Origin: Candidatus Limnocylindria bacterium
Lineage (GTDB): Bacteria > Chloroflexota > Limnocylindria > QHBO01
Assembly (NCBI GenBank): GCA_038250515.1
Contig: JBBSCG010000004.1
Location: 5,108-69,107 of the forward strand
Direction: 5' to 3'
DNA length: 64,000 nt
Under the pieces are notes generated by a model, which saw only the letters and a list, made by a program, of their open reading frames with translations, was not told where the DNA came from and did not search any database. Numbering within the stretch: position 1 is the stretch's first letter; every line of letters begins with the position of its first letter. Below, piece after piece: positions 47,648 through 57,063 of the stretch. Made by a program: the position numbers and the translations under genes.

Positions 47648-48937
47648 ATGGCTACCCAGAACCCGGTCATGGCCCAGAACCCGGTCACGGCGCAGGCGCC
47701 AAATATCTGGTCGGTCGCGCAGCAGCAATTCGACGCCGCGGCCCAGAAGCTCGATCTCGACGACGCTCTGCGCCGTGTCCTGCGTGTTCCCAAGCGTGAG
47801 CTCACGGTCAACTTCCCGGTCACCATGGACGACGGACACGTCGAGGTGTTCACGGGCTACCGCGTGCAGCACAACGTGTCGCGGGGTCCGGCAAAGGGCG
47901 GCATCCGCTACCACCAGGACGTTTCGCTCGACGAGGTGCGTGCCCTCGCGATGTGGATGACCTGGAAGTGCGCGACCGTGAACATTCCGTTCGGCGGCGG
48001 CAAGGGCGGCGTGATCGTCGACCCCAAGCAACTGAGCATGAAGGAGCTCGAGGGCCTGACGCGACGTTTCGCCACCGAGATCACGCCGCTCATCGGTCCC
48101 GATCGCGACATTCCGGCCCCCGACGTCAACACCAACGCGCAGACAATGGCTTGGATCATGGACACCTTCTCGATGCACCACGGCTACACGATCAGTGGCG
48201 TGGTCACTGGCAAGCCAATCAGCATCGGCGGCTCGCTCGGCCGCAACGAGGCGACTGCACGTGGCGCGGTGTTCACCCTTCAACAGGCAAGCGCAGTGCT
48301 GCACGTGCCCCTGTCCGGCGCGCGGGTGGCGATCCAGGGCTACGGCAACGCCGGCTCGATCGCGGCGACGCTGCTGGCCGATGAAGGTGCCAGCATCGTG
48401 GCTGTCTCGGACTCCAGCGGCGGCACCCACAACGCCAACGGCCTCGACCCGGCGAAGGTCGGCGCCTGGAAGCGGGAGCACGGAACGGTGGTCGGCTTCC
48501 CCGGCGCGGACGAGGTGACCAATGCCGAGCTGCTCGAGGTCGACTGCGACATCCTGGTCCCCGCCGCACTCGAGAACCAGATCACCCGGGAGAACGCACC
48601 GAACGTCAAGGCGCGCATCGTGGCCGAGGCCGCGAACGGGCCGACGACGCCCGATGCCGACGCGATCCTTCAGGACAAGGGCGTCTTCCTGATTCCCGAC
48701 ATCCTGTGCAATGCTGGCGGCGTCACCGTCAGCTACTTCGAGTGGGTGCAGGACATGCAGTCCTTCTTCTGGACGGAGGACAGGATTAACGAAAGCCTCA
48801 AGGGCATCATGGACCGCGCCTTCGAATCGGTTCATGCCATGAGCGAGCACCGTGACGTGAACATGCGGACGGCGGCCTACATGGTCGCGGTGGCGCGCGT
48901 CGCCGAGGCGACGACGCTGCGAGGCCTCTATCCATAG
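47648..48937 (+). CDS. Glutamate dehydrogenase (Glu/Leu/Phe/Val family) with intact active site
   Basis: RGPAKGGIRY, MTWK, GGGKGG, GYGNAG; AAGGAGG RBS. Confidence 0.93.
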   Translation: MATQNPVMAQNPVTAQAPNIWSVAQQQFDAAAQKLDLDDALRRVLRVPKRELTVNFPVTMDDGHVEVFTGYRVQHNVSRGPAKGGIRYHQDVSLDEVRALAMWMTWKCATVNIPFGGGKGGVIVDPKQLSMKELEGLTRRFATEITPLIGPDRDIPAPDVNTNAQTMAWIMDTFSMHHGYTISGVVTGKPISIGGSLGRNEATARGAVFTLQQASAVLHVPLSGARVAIQGYGNAGSIAATLLADEGASIVAVSDSSGGTHNANGLDPAKVGAWKREHGTVVGFPGADEVTNAELLEVDCDILVPAALENQITRENAPNVKARIVAEAANGPTTPDADAILQDKGVFLIPDILCNAGGVTVSYFEWVQDMQSFFWTEDRINESLKGIMDRAFESVHAMSEHRDVNMRTAAYMVAVARVAEATTLRGLYP

Positions 48938-48981
48938 ACCGATACGGGCGGCACGCATGCGCGTCGCCCGGAGGACCTTCC

Positions 48982-49584
48982 ATGCTCGATCATGAAGAGC
49001 GCTTCCTGTTCCGCGAAGAGATCCTCAACATGGCGAACGCCCTCGCCGATCCCGGCGCGCTCGACAACGTCGAGGACCTGCTCGCCGAGGTGACCAGCAG
49101 TCCCCGCTTCGATTCGGACGTCTTCACGCTCGAGCGCTCGCTGCAGGTGATGCTCGGGTCGCGCGCCGGGTCGACGCTGGTCGGGCTGCTGACGGTGAGC
49201 CGCGAGGTCTTCGAGGAGCTCGGCGATATGGGCCTGTCGGCCGAGGTGCACGAGCGCCTCGTGTCCTGGCGCGCACGCTTCGGCCTCGCCATCGACAATG
49301 CACTGAACTTTCTCAACAACCCCGACGGCATCCAGGGCCATAACTTCGGCACGCAGTTGTCACACGCGGAAAGTGGCACGACGCTCCAGGGCCGGCTGAC
49401 ACTCGTCCGCTACAACAACGAGCCGCAGTTCTTCATCGCCGATGCCGACGTCCTGCTTGCGGTGGCGGCCGACATGATGGAGCGCCTCGGTGAGCATCTC
49501 GCTCCGGAGATGCTCGACGCCGAGCTGGTCGGCCGGCTGCGCGAGGGGGTCGAGCTGATCGAGCGTCGCACCAAGACGCGGTGA
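48982..49584 (+). CDS. Hypothetical protein
   Basis: GGAGG RBS, GC3-biased 200-aa ORF, GTGA overlap with the next gene. Confidence 0.7.
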   Translation: MLDHEERFLFREEILNMANALADPGALDNVEDLLAEVTSSPRFDSDVFTLERSLQVMLGSRAGSTLVGLLTVSREVFEELGDMGLSAEVHERLVSWRARFGLAIDNALNFLNNPDGIQGHNFGTQLSHAESGTTLQGRLTLVRYNNEPQFFIADADVLLAVAADMMERLGEHLAPEMLDAELVGRLREGVELIERRTKTR

Positions 49585-50678
49585 GCGACGGCGCTCAGCG
49601 CATCTTCCTGGCGGCGACCGGCCAGAATCGTGGCAAGACCACCGTCTCGCTGGGGCTGATCGCCGCAATCCTGGATCGCGGGCATCGGCTCGGCTTCCTG
49701 AAGCCGGTGGGTCAGCGCTACCTGGTGATCGACGGCACGCGCGCCGACGAGGACGCGGTGCTCGTCCGCGACGTCTTCGGCCTGACCGATGCGCTCGACG
49801 ACATGAGCCCGGTGACGCTTCCTCGTCACTTCACGACCGACTTCGTGATGGGTCGCATCCACGACGATCTGGCCACCCAGGTGAGCGATGCCTATGCTCG
49901 CGTCGCCGCCGACAAGGACCTGGTGATCATCGAGGGCACCGGCCACGCCGGCGTGGGCGCGGTGGTTGGGTTGTCAAACGCCCGCGCGGCGGCCACGCTC
50001 GATGCGCCGGTGATCATCGTTTCCGAGGGTGGCGTCGGACGGCCGATCGACGAGATCGCGCTCAACTGCGCGCTCTTCGCCGAGCACGGCGTGCGCGTCC
50101 TCGGCGCGATCGTCAACAAGGTCGACGTCGGCGCACGCCCCGAGCTTCGTGAGGTCCTCCAGCGCGGGCTCGCCCGGCAGGGCGTTGACCTGCTGGGCTG
50201 CCTGCCCTACAGCCGGTTGCTGGCCAACCCGTCGCTCGAGCTGATCGTGACCCATCTCGAGGGCGAGCTGCTGAGCGGCGAGGCGACGCCGGGCCGGACG
50301 ATCGGTGAGGTGGCGATCGGCGCGATGCACGCCAGCCACGCCATGGCGCTGCTTCGCGATCGCGTCCTGCTCATCACGCCCGGCGATCGCGAGGACCTGA
50401 TCCGGGCGTCGGTCGCCGCCAACCGGGCCGCCCCGGATCGGCCCAAGGTGATCGGCGTGGTGCTGACCGGCGGCTTCCGTCCCTCGGCGGACGTGCTGGA
50501 TGAGCTGCGCCGCTGCGGCCTGTTCGCGTATTTGGTCGAGAGCGACACGTATCGGACCGCGCGCGCCGTCGACGACATCCTGGTCAAGACGCATCCGAGC
50601 GACACCGAAAAGATCGCGACGATCATCGACCTCGTCGCCGGTTCCCTGGACGTGGACGGGTTGCTCGCCCGCCTCTAG
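49581..50678 (+). CDS. AAA_26/BioD-like + DRTGG protein (Pta N-terminal-like)
   Basis: TGQNRGKTT, KPVG, IEGTGH, ITPGDRED, LTGG. Confidence 0.85.
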   Translation: MSDGAQRIFLAATGQNRGKTTVSLGLIAAILDRGHRLGFLKPVGQRYLVIDGTRADEDAVLVRDVFGLTDALDDMSPVTLPRHFTTDFVMGRIHDDLATQVSDAYARVAADKDLVIIEGTGHAGVGAVVGLSNARAAATLDAPVIIVSEGGVGRPIDEIALNCALFAEHGVRVLGAIVNKVDVGARPELREVLQRGLARQGVDLLGCLPYSRLLANPSLELIVTHLEGELLSGEATPGRTIGEVAIGAMHASHAMALLRDRVLLITPGDREDLIRASVAANRAAPDRPKVIGVVLTGGFRPSADVLDELRRCGLFAYLVESDTYRTARAVDDILVKTHPSDTEKIATIIDLVAGSLDVDGLLARL

Positions 50679-50699
50679 CCGCGTTAGTCGGCGGCAGTT

Positions 50700-50762
50700 C
50701 TTGACAGATTCCATTCAGGAGCGGCTTGCATGCCCGATGCCGCTCAGTGCTTGACAGATTCC
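50700..50762. repeat. 13-bp direct repeat flanking a hairpin
   Basis: CTTGACAGATTCC at 50700 and 50750, with a GAGCGGC...GCCGCTC inverted repeat between the copies. Confidence 0.7.
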
Positions 50763-50766
50763 GCCG

Positions 50767-50807
50767 AAAACGAGAAGGAGGCCGGGCGTGGGCACTCGCC
50801 GGCCTCC
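50767..50807 (-). terminator. Rho-independent terminator (minus strand)
   Basis: GGAGGCCGG...CCGGCCTCC-TTCTCGTTTT. Confidence 0.65.
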
Positions 50808-50925
50808 TCGGGCGCCGGCGGACCGGCGTCGCGCGGATCATACGAAGCGAGCGGCGAGCTGCACTAGTACTTCCGACGATATCGGATGTGCCGACATGCC
50901 TTCCACTGGTCGCGTACCGCCACCT

Positions 50926-51783
50926 TCAGCCGGCGACGTCCCAGGCCAGCGGCATGTTGTCGGTCAGGCGCGTGCGACCTATCCATACGGCGAGCAGGGC
51001 CAGCGCCGGTCCACTGACCCGCTGGAGCTCGGCGAGCGTGTTCGCGTCGGCGACGCTGATGTAGTCGGGACGGGCCATCGGCTCGTCCGCGATCGCATCG
51101 GTCATGCGTGCGCGAAGAACCTCGGCTGAGCGCTCACCTGAGTCGTACGCCTCCTCGGCAGCCGAAAGCGCCGTGTACAGGCAGGTTGCGGCGTGCCGCT
51201 GCTCGATCGACAGCTGTGCATTGGCCGATGACAGCGCCAGGCCATCGTTGGCCCGCACGGTGGGGCACACGACGAGCTCCACGTTCAGAAACAGATCGCG
51301 CAGCAGACGGCGCAGGATGACGACCTGCTGGGCGTGCTTCTGCCCCAGGTACAGCCGCGCGGGGCCGACCAGGTTGACGAGCTTGAGCATCACCGTCGTC
51401 AGCCCGTCGAGGTGACCGGGCCGCGAGGCGCCCTCCAGCTGACTGGTCAGCCCCTCGACGCTGACGCGCGTTCGGTCGTCGGGCGGGAAGACGGTCGCCA
51501 CGTCAGGAAGGAAGGCGATGTCGGCGTGTGCCTGCTCGAGCAGTGCCAGGTCGTGCTCGGTGTTGCGCGGGGTGCGGGTCGATTCGTCGAGCATGTGGAA
51601 ATCGCTCGGGTTGACGAAGCTCGAGACCACCACGCAGCCGTTCTCCTCGTGCGCGCGCTCGACCAGCGACAGCTGCCCGGCGTGCAGGAAGCCCATGGTC
51701 GGCACGAAGCCGACTGAGTCGCCGGCGCGGCGACGCTCGAGGATCGCGGCACGGAGCTCGGGAACGTCGCGGGCGACGTTCAT
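50926..51783 (-). CDS. panC: Pantothenate synthetase-like protein with a divergent active site
   Basis: GFVPTMG, FVNP, LEGASRPGH, GQK..QQ, DGLALSS, RLTDN. Confidence 0.8.
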   Translation of the reverse strand: MNVARDVPELRAAILERRRAGDSVGFVPTMGFLHAGQLSLVERAHEENGCVVVSSFVNPSDFHMLDESTRTPRNTEHDLALLEQAHADIAFLPDVATVFPPDDRTRVSVEGLTSQLEGASRPGHLDGLTTVMLKLVNLVGPARLYLGQKHAQQVVILRRLLRDLFLNVELVVCPTVRANDGLALSSANAQLSIEQRHAATCLYTALSAAEEAYDSGERSAEVLRARMTDAIADEPMARPDYISVADANTLAELQRVSGPALALLAVWIGRTRLTDNMPLAWDVAG

Positions 51784-51793
51784 CGCCGTGCGA

Positions 51794-53083
51794 TCACCCG
51801 CGGCTGCGTCCCCGGCCCCGGCCGCGGCCGCCGGTTGGATCGCTCGGCGACTCTTCGCGCGCCTTGCGGTAGCGGTCGGCGATCAGGTCCCACAGGCGCT
51901 CGGCGACCTGGCGCTTGGGCAGCATTGGCCAATCCGTGAGGGCTCCCTCGACGCCGAAGACGGTGACCTTGTTCTCGTCGGATCCAATGGCGTCGAACGG
52001 CCCCCCCACGACATTGCCGACGATCAGGTCCAGGCCCTTGTCGCGCAGCTTGCCGGTGGCATTTGCCTCGAGCTCGTCGCTTTCGGCCGCGAAGCCGATG
52101 AGGAACGGCCGCACGCCGGACGGCATCTCGCCGACCTCGGCGACGATGTCGGGGTTCGGCACCAGCTCGACGTTCATGCCCGATCCATCGCGCTTGATCT
52201 TGCGGCTCGCGGCATGTACCGGGGCGAAGTCGGCGACGGCGGCTGCCATCACCAGGATGTCGGCATGCGGCGCGCCGCGGATGATCGCCTCGCGCATGGC
52301 GGCCGCGGTGGTCGCCTCGGTCACGGTCACTCCACGCGGCGGTGTGACGCTCATGGCGCCAGCCACCAGCGTGACCGATGCACCGCGGTCGCGGGCCGCC
52401 TCGGCGAGTGCCACGCCCATCTTGCCGCTGCTGCGATTGCCGATGAAACGCACCGGGTCGATCGGCTCGCGCGTTCCGCCGGCGCTGACCACGACCCGCA
52501 CGCCCTCGAGGTCGCCGGAGCGGGCGAACAGTCGCTCGACCGCCTCGACGATCTGCGCCGGCTCGGCCAGCCGGCCGATCCCCGTCAGGCCGCTGGCCAG
52601 CATGCCGACCTCCGGCTCAACGATGAGGTAGCCGAAGTCGCGCAGGGTGGCGACGTTGCGCTGGGTTGCGGGATGGGTCCACATGCCGGCGTCCATGGCC
52701 GGTGCGAGCAGCACCGGGGCGCGGCTGGCGCAGGCGACGGCCGTCACCGCGTCATGCACCAGCCCCGCGGCGAGCTCCGCCAGCAGGTTCGCGGTGGCCG
52801 GGGCGATGACGATGGCATCGGCGCCCTCGGCCAGCTCGATGTGCGCGATCTGTTGCTCGCCATCGAGCTCGAGCACGTCGGTGAGCACCGGGCGGTGTGT
52901 GAGCGAGGCAAAGGTGAGTGGCCCGACGAAATGGGTTGCCGCAGGCGTCATGGCCACGTCGACGATCGCTCCGGTCTCGAGCAGTCGCCGGACGACGAGC
53001 ACGGCCTTGTAGGCCGCGATGCTGCCGCTGACCCCGACCACCAGCCGCCGTCCGGCGAGCGAAGGAGCCTGCTCGTCGCTCAT
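51794..53083 (-). CDS. coaBC: Phosphopantothenoylcysteine decarboxylase/ligase
   Basis: SGSIAAYK, APATAN, APAM, GTREPIDPVRFIGNRSSGKMG, AAVAD, GFAAE. Confidence 0.94.
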   Translation of the reverse strand: MSDEQAPSLAGRRLVVGVSGSIAAYKAVLVVRRLLETGAIVDVAMTPAATHFVGPLTFASLTHRPVLTDVLELDGEQQIAHIELAEGADAIVIAPATANLLAELAAGLVHDAVTAVACASRAPVLLAPAMDAGMWTHPATQRNVATLRDFGYLIVEPEVGMLASGLTGIGRLAEPAQIVEAVERLFARSGDLEGVRVVVSAGGTREPIDPVRFIGNRSSGKMGVALAEAARDRGASVTLVAGAMSVTPPRGVTVTEATTAAAMREAIIRGAPHADILVMAAAVADFAPVHAASRKIKRDGSGMNVELVPNPDIVAEVGEMPSGVRPFLIGFAAESDELEANATGKLRDKGLDLIVGNVVGGPFDAIGSDENKVTVFGVEGALTDWPMLPKRQVAERLWDLIADRYRKAREESPSDPTGGRGRGRGRSRG

Positions 53084-53928
53084 CGCGGCATCTCGGCGTG
53101 CGAGCGTCCGGGCGATGGGGCGTCGCGGCGCGCGTCGGCGATGAGCGCCTGCCAGGCATAGCGGATGCCGCGCAGCGTCAGGTCCGGCTCGATGCGGTCG
53201 ATCCCGGGCACCTCGCGCAGCCACGGCTGATGGGTATGGCCTCCGGTGGCCACGACGGTCACGTGCGAGCCCGCCGGCGAACGCTCGATGAGCTCGCCGC
53301 GGAGTGCGGTCAGCAGACCGCTCACCAGGCCGATGTATCCCAGCACCGTGCCGCTCTGCATGGCATGCACCGTGTTGGCGGCGATGGCATGCGGCGGTCG
53401 CACGAGGTCGATGCGCGGCAGCTTGCTGGCGTATCCGACCAGCGCCTCGAGCGACAGGCCGAGCCCCGGCGCGATGGCGCCGCCGATGTACGCGCCATCG
53501 GCCGAGACGACGTCAAAGTTGGTGCTCGTGCCGAGGTCGACCACGATCGCCGGGCCGCCGACCTCGGTGTGCGCCGCGAGAGCATTGATCAGTCGGTCGG
53601 CGCCGGCCTCGGCCGGCCGGTCGATCTGGATCTGCAGCACGCCGGCGAGCGAGGCGGCGTCGATGATCAGCGGCGTGATTCCCAGGCGCTCGCTGACGAA
53701 TCGGTCGAATGTGGCGGACAGCGGCGGGACGACGCTGGCCAGCGCGACGGCGTCGAGCTCCTCCAGGTGGTGGCCGTCGAGAGCGAGCAGGGACGCAGTC
53801 AGCGCGGCAAGCTCATCCTCGGTTGCGCCGGAGGACGTGGTCGCGCGCCACGACCCGACCAGCTCGTCGCCGGCGAAGAGGCCCAGCGTGATGTTCGTGT
53901 TCCCGATGTCGACGGCAAGCAACTGCAC
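53080..53928 (-). CDS. coaX: Type III pantothenate kinase
   Basis: DIGNT, SVVP, GADR, VVDLGT, GGAIAPG, ATGG. Confidence 0.94.
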   Translation of the reverse strand: MQLLAVDIGNTNITLGLFAGDELVGSWRATTSSGATEDELAALTASLLALDGHHLEELDAVALASVVPPLSATFDRFVSERLGITPLIIDAASLAGVLQIQIDRPAEAGADRLINALAAHTEVGGPAIVVDLGTSTNFDVVSADGAYIGGAIAPGLGLSLEALVGYASKLPRIDLVRPPHAIAANTVHAMQSGTVLGYIGLVSGLLTALRGELIERSPAGSHVTVVATGGHTHQPWLREVPGIDRIEPDLTLRGIRYAWQALIADARRDAPSPGRSHAEMPR

Positions 53929-54024
53929 GCGGGCTATCCTAGCAGTCGACCGATGCGTGCCAGCCCGTATCGGTCAGGTGCTAGACTCGCCGACGATCCA
54001 CCGCCCAACGCCTGAGAGTGCCCG

Positions 54025-54507
54025 ATGTCCGAGGCGCGAGCCAAGCTCTACATCAACACCGGCGTCGTCACCAATCGCAGCGACATCTACAACATCCTGC
54101 GTCCGCTGCTCAAGCAGACGGTCACCTACACCTACTATCGCGGCAACCAGGTGACGAGCAGCGGCACGGGCTGGGTCGAGCGGCTGGTCGTCGATCACCC
54201 CGAGATCGCGAGCTACTTCACTCCGCTGGCAATCTGCCTGAACCTCGACTCGTTCGACTATCTACAGTTCGACACGACCTCGGAGCAGTTGCTGGTCTAC
54301 ACGCTGGTGATCGGGAGCGAGCGAGTGGTGATGGAGTTCGCCGCCGCACCGCGGCTCGGCGAGGTTGATGAGCTTCAGCCGAACGGCCGGCCGCTGCCAC
54401 GCAATGCCGACGAGCTCGCTCGCGATCTGCGCTTCATCCAGATGGAGCTCAGCATGTCGTCGGACGCTTCCGACGCGACCGATGAGGACGAGGACTCGAC
54501 GCGGTGA
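54025..54507 (+). CDS. Hypothetical protein
   Basis: Strong GC3 bias; GTGA overlap with the peptidase gene. Confidence 0.75.
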   Translation: MSEARAKLYINTGVVTNRSDIYNILRPLLKQTVTYTYYRGNQVTSSGTGWVERLVVDHPEIASYFTPLAICLNLDSFDYLQFDTTSEQLLVYTLVIGSERVVMEFAAAPRLGEVDELQPNGRPLPRNADELARDLRFIQMELSMSSDASDATDEDEDSTR

Positions 54508-55829
54508 GCGTCGGCCTCGCGGCCGTCGGACAGGCCTTCGAACGCAGCGTGCTGCCCAACGGCATGCGGGTGCTGACCCAGCCGATGCCGACCGCCCGTT
54601 CCATCTCGGTGGCGCTCTTCGTGGGGGTCGGCTCGCGCCACGAGACCGATGAGCAGGCGGGGCTCTCCCACCTGCTCGAGCACCTCGTCTTCAAGGGCAC
54701 GCGCGGCTATCCCGATGCCGGCAGCCTGTCCGAGGCGATCGAGGGCAGCGGCGGAAGCGTCAACGCCTCGACCGATCGCGAGCTGACCGTCTACTCCTCG
54801 CGCGTGCCGCGGTCGCAGGCGGCGCGTGGCCTGGAGGTCGTTGCTGAGCTGGCGCTGCGTCCGCTGCTGCGCCACGCGGACCTGGTGGCCGAGAAGCCGG
54901 TCATCGTCGATGAGATCCGCATGTACGTCGACTCGCCGGGCGATCACATCTTCAGCCTGTTCGACGAGACGCTCTTCGCGGGCCATCCGCTCGGCCGGGA
55001 GATTGCCGGCACGCCGCGGAGCGTGCGTCGCGCCTCGCGGGCCTCGGCCGCCGCGCACTGGCGACGCTGCTACCGGCCGCAGCACCTGGTCTTGGCCGTT
55101 GCCGGTGCGATCGAGCATGACGAGGTGTTGCGTGCGGTCGAAGCCTGGTGGGACGACGAGACGACCGATTGGTTGGCCGATGCCACGGCCGAGGGATCGG
55201 ACGGTGTCGCCGGGCTGGGGCCGCCGCGCTTCGGCGCGGAGGGTGTCGTGCGCGTCGTGCACCGTGGCCTGGCGCAGGGGAACCTGTGCCTCGGCATGCC
55301 CGGCGCCGCGCGCGACGATCCGGACCGCTGGGCGCTCGACCTGCTCGGCACGGTGCTCGGCGACGGCATGAGCAGCCGCCTCTTCCTGGAGCTGCGCGAG
55401 CGCCGATCGCTCGCCTACGACGTTTCGACCTTCGCCGCCACCTACGCCGACTGCGGCACGTTCGGCGTGCATGCCGGCTTCGATCCGGACCAGGCGGAGC
55501 AGGTCGTGGTCGCGATCCGCGAGCAGCTCGAGCGAGTGGTCCAGGAGCCGGTGACTGCCGCGGAGCTCGGACGTGCATTGGCCTACACCCGCGGCCGGCT
55601 CGAGCTGCGCATGGAGGAGACCGCGGCCGTCGCCTCATGGCTCGGAACCGGCGAGAGCCTGCTGCCGCGGATCATGAGCGTCGAGGAGGTCGTCGAGCGC
55701 CTCGAGTCCGTCACCACCGACGACATGCTGCGCGTGGCACGTCGGTTTCTTGCGCCGCAGCACGCGCGGCTGGCGTTGCTGGGTCCGTTCAAGTCGGCCC
55801 GGCGTTTCGGGCGAGCACTCGCCGCATGA
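54504..55829 (+). CDS. M16 (pitrilysin-family) zinc peptidase
   Basis: HLLEH inverted zincin motif, NAST, GMSSRLF.ELRE..LAY. Confidence 0.93.
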   Translation: MSVGLAAVGQAFERSVLPNGMRVLTQPMPTARSISVALFVGVGSRHETDEQAGLSHLLEHLVFKGTRGYPDAGSLSEAIEGSGGSVNASTDRELTVYSSRVPRSQAARGLEVVAELALRPLLRHADLVAEKPVIVDEIRMYVDSPGDHIFSLFDETLFAGHPLGREIAGTPRSVRRASRASAAAHWRRCYRPQHLVLAVAGAIEHDEVLRAVEAWWDDETTDWLADATAEGSDGVAGLGPPRFGAEGVVRVVHRGLAQGNLCLGMPGAARDDPDRWALDLLGTVLGDGMSSRLFLELRERRSLAYDVSTFAATYADCGTFGVHAGFDPDQAEQVVVAIREQLERVVQEPVTAAELGRALAYTRGRLELRMEETAAVASWLGTGESLLPRIMSVEEVVERLESVTTDDMLRVARRFLAPQHARLALLGPFKSARRFGRALAA

Positions 55830-56581
55830 GCGGACCGGTGGAGGAGTACCTCATCGACCTCATCCCGGACGACCTCGCGCTCGGCCGGACGCAGATGGCC
55901 TCCGGGCTGGCCTCGCTGGCCGAGGCGACCTTGCGCCGTCGCATTGCACGGCTGGAGCTCGAGGGCCCCGGCGCGCTCGAGGAGATCGACGTCGCCCGCG
56001 GCCTGCTCGCGGAGTCGCTGTGGCGACAGCAGCGGCCACTGGCCGCGGGCGCTGCCCTGGAGGCGATCCGCGGCTCGAGCCTGGAGCGGCGCCGGCCATT
56101 GCTGATGCTGATCGAGGCCGAAGCCTCGGCAGCGTCGGGGCAGCCGGATCGCGCCGCGGCGCTCATGGAGCGCGTGCTGGGAGCCGTCGGCGTCGACGAG
56201 GCGTGGCGCCTGCGCGCCGGTGTCCCGACACGCCTCGCCTGGCCGTTGCCCGCGTCATTGCGCCCCGGCGCCCGGCGTGCCACGGCGCCGGCGGCACCGG
56301 TCAGCAGCGAGCCGGCGCCCGAGCGCACGGCTGCCGCGCACGCTCGCCTCGAAGGAGCGCGGCAGGCCTACGCCGCCGGTGCCGAGGAGTTCGGCGATCG
56401 GGAGCTGGGCGTGGCGCTGCGCCTGGATCCGCGTATCGGTCTCGAGGGCGTGGCGCTCATCGAGCCGACACTCGGCGAGGAGCCGCCCGCGGGGCGTCTG
56501 CTACTCTACGGCGACCTGCTGCGGGCCGCCGGCCGGCACGCCGACTCGTCGGCCGCCTATGACCGCGCCGCCCGAGCCTGA
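55826..56581 (+). CDS. Hypothetical TPR-like helical protein
   Basis: ATGA overlap; Ala/Leu-rich helices; YGDLLRAAGR...AYDRA. Confidence 0.65.
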   Translation: MSGPVEEYLIDLIPDDLALGRTQMASGLASLAEATLRRRIARLELEGPGALEEIDVARGLLAESLWRQQRPLAAGAALEAIRGSSLERRRPLLMLIEAEASAASGQPDRAAALMERVLGAVGVDEAWRLRAGVPTRLAWPLPASLRPGARRATAPAAPVSSEPAPERTAAAHARLEGARQAYAAGAEEFGDRELGVALRLDPRIGLEGVALIEPTLGEEPPAGRLLLYGDLLRAAGRHADSSAAYDRAARA

Positions 56582-56607
56582 ACCCTATTTCAGACCCAAG
56601 GAGCGGC

Positions 56608-57063
56608 ATGGAACGAACTCTCGTGCTGGTCAAGCCGGATGGCGTGCAACGCGGCCTCATCGGTCAAATCCTGGCCCGATTCGAACGCAAGGGCCTCAAG
56701 GTGGTCGGCCTGCGACTGTTGACGGTGCCCCGCGCGATGGCCGAGCGCCACTACGCGGTCCACGCCGGCAAACCGTTCTACCCCGGGCTCGTCGACTTCA
56801 TCACCTCAGGCCCGGTCGCCGCCTTCGCCCTCGAAGGGCCCGATGCGATCACGACCGTTCGCCGCCTGGTCGGCAAGACCATGCCCAACGAGGCGGACGC
56901 CGGCACGATCCGCGGCGATTTCGGCATCAGCGCGCTGCGCAACCTGATCCATGCGTCGGATGCGCCCGAAACGGCGGCCGAGGAGCTCGGCCTGTGGTTC
57001 GAGAGCGGTCAGCTGCTCGACTACGCGCGGGATGTGGACGCCTGGATCGTGGCCGAGGACTAG
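56608..57063 (+). CDS. ndk: Nucleoside diphosphate kinase
   Basis: KPDGVQR, GTIRGDF, NLIHASD. Confidence 0.96.
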   Translation: MERTLVLVKPDGVQRGLIGQILARFERKGLKVVGLRLLTVPRAMAERHYAVHAGKPFYPGLVDFITSGPVAAFALEGPDAITTVRRLVGKTMPNEADAGTIRGDFGISALRNLIHASDAPETAAEELGLWFESGQLLDYARDVDAWIVAED

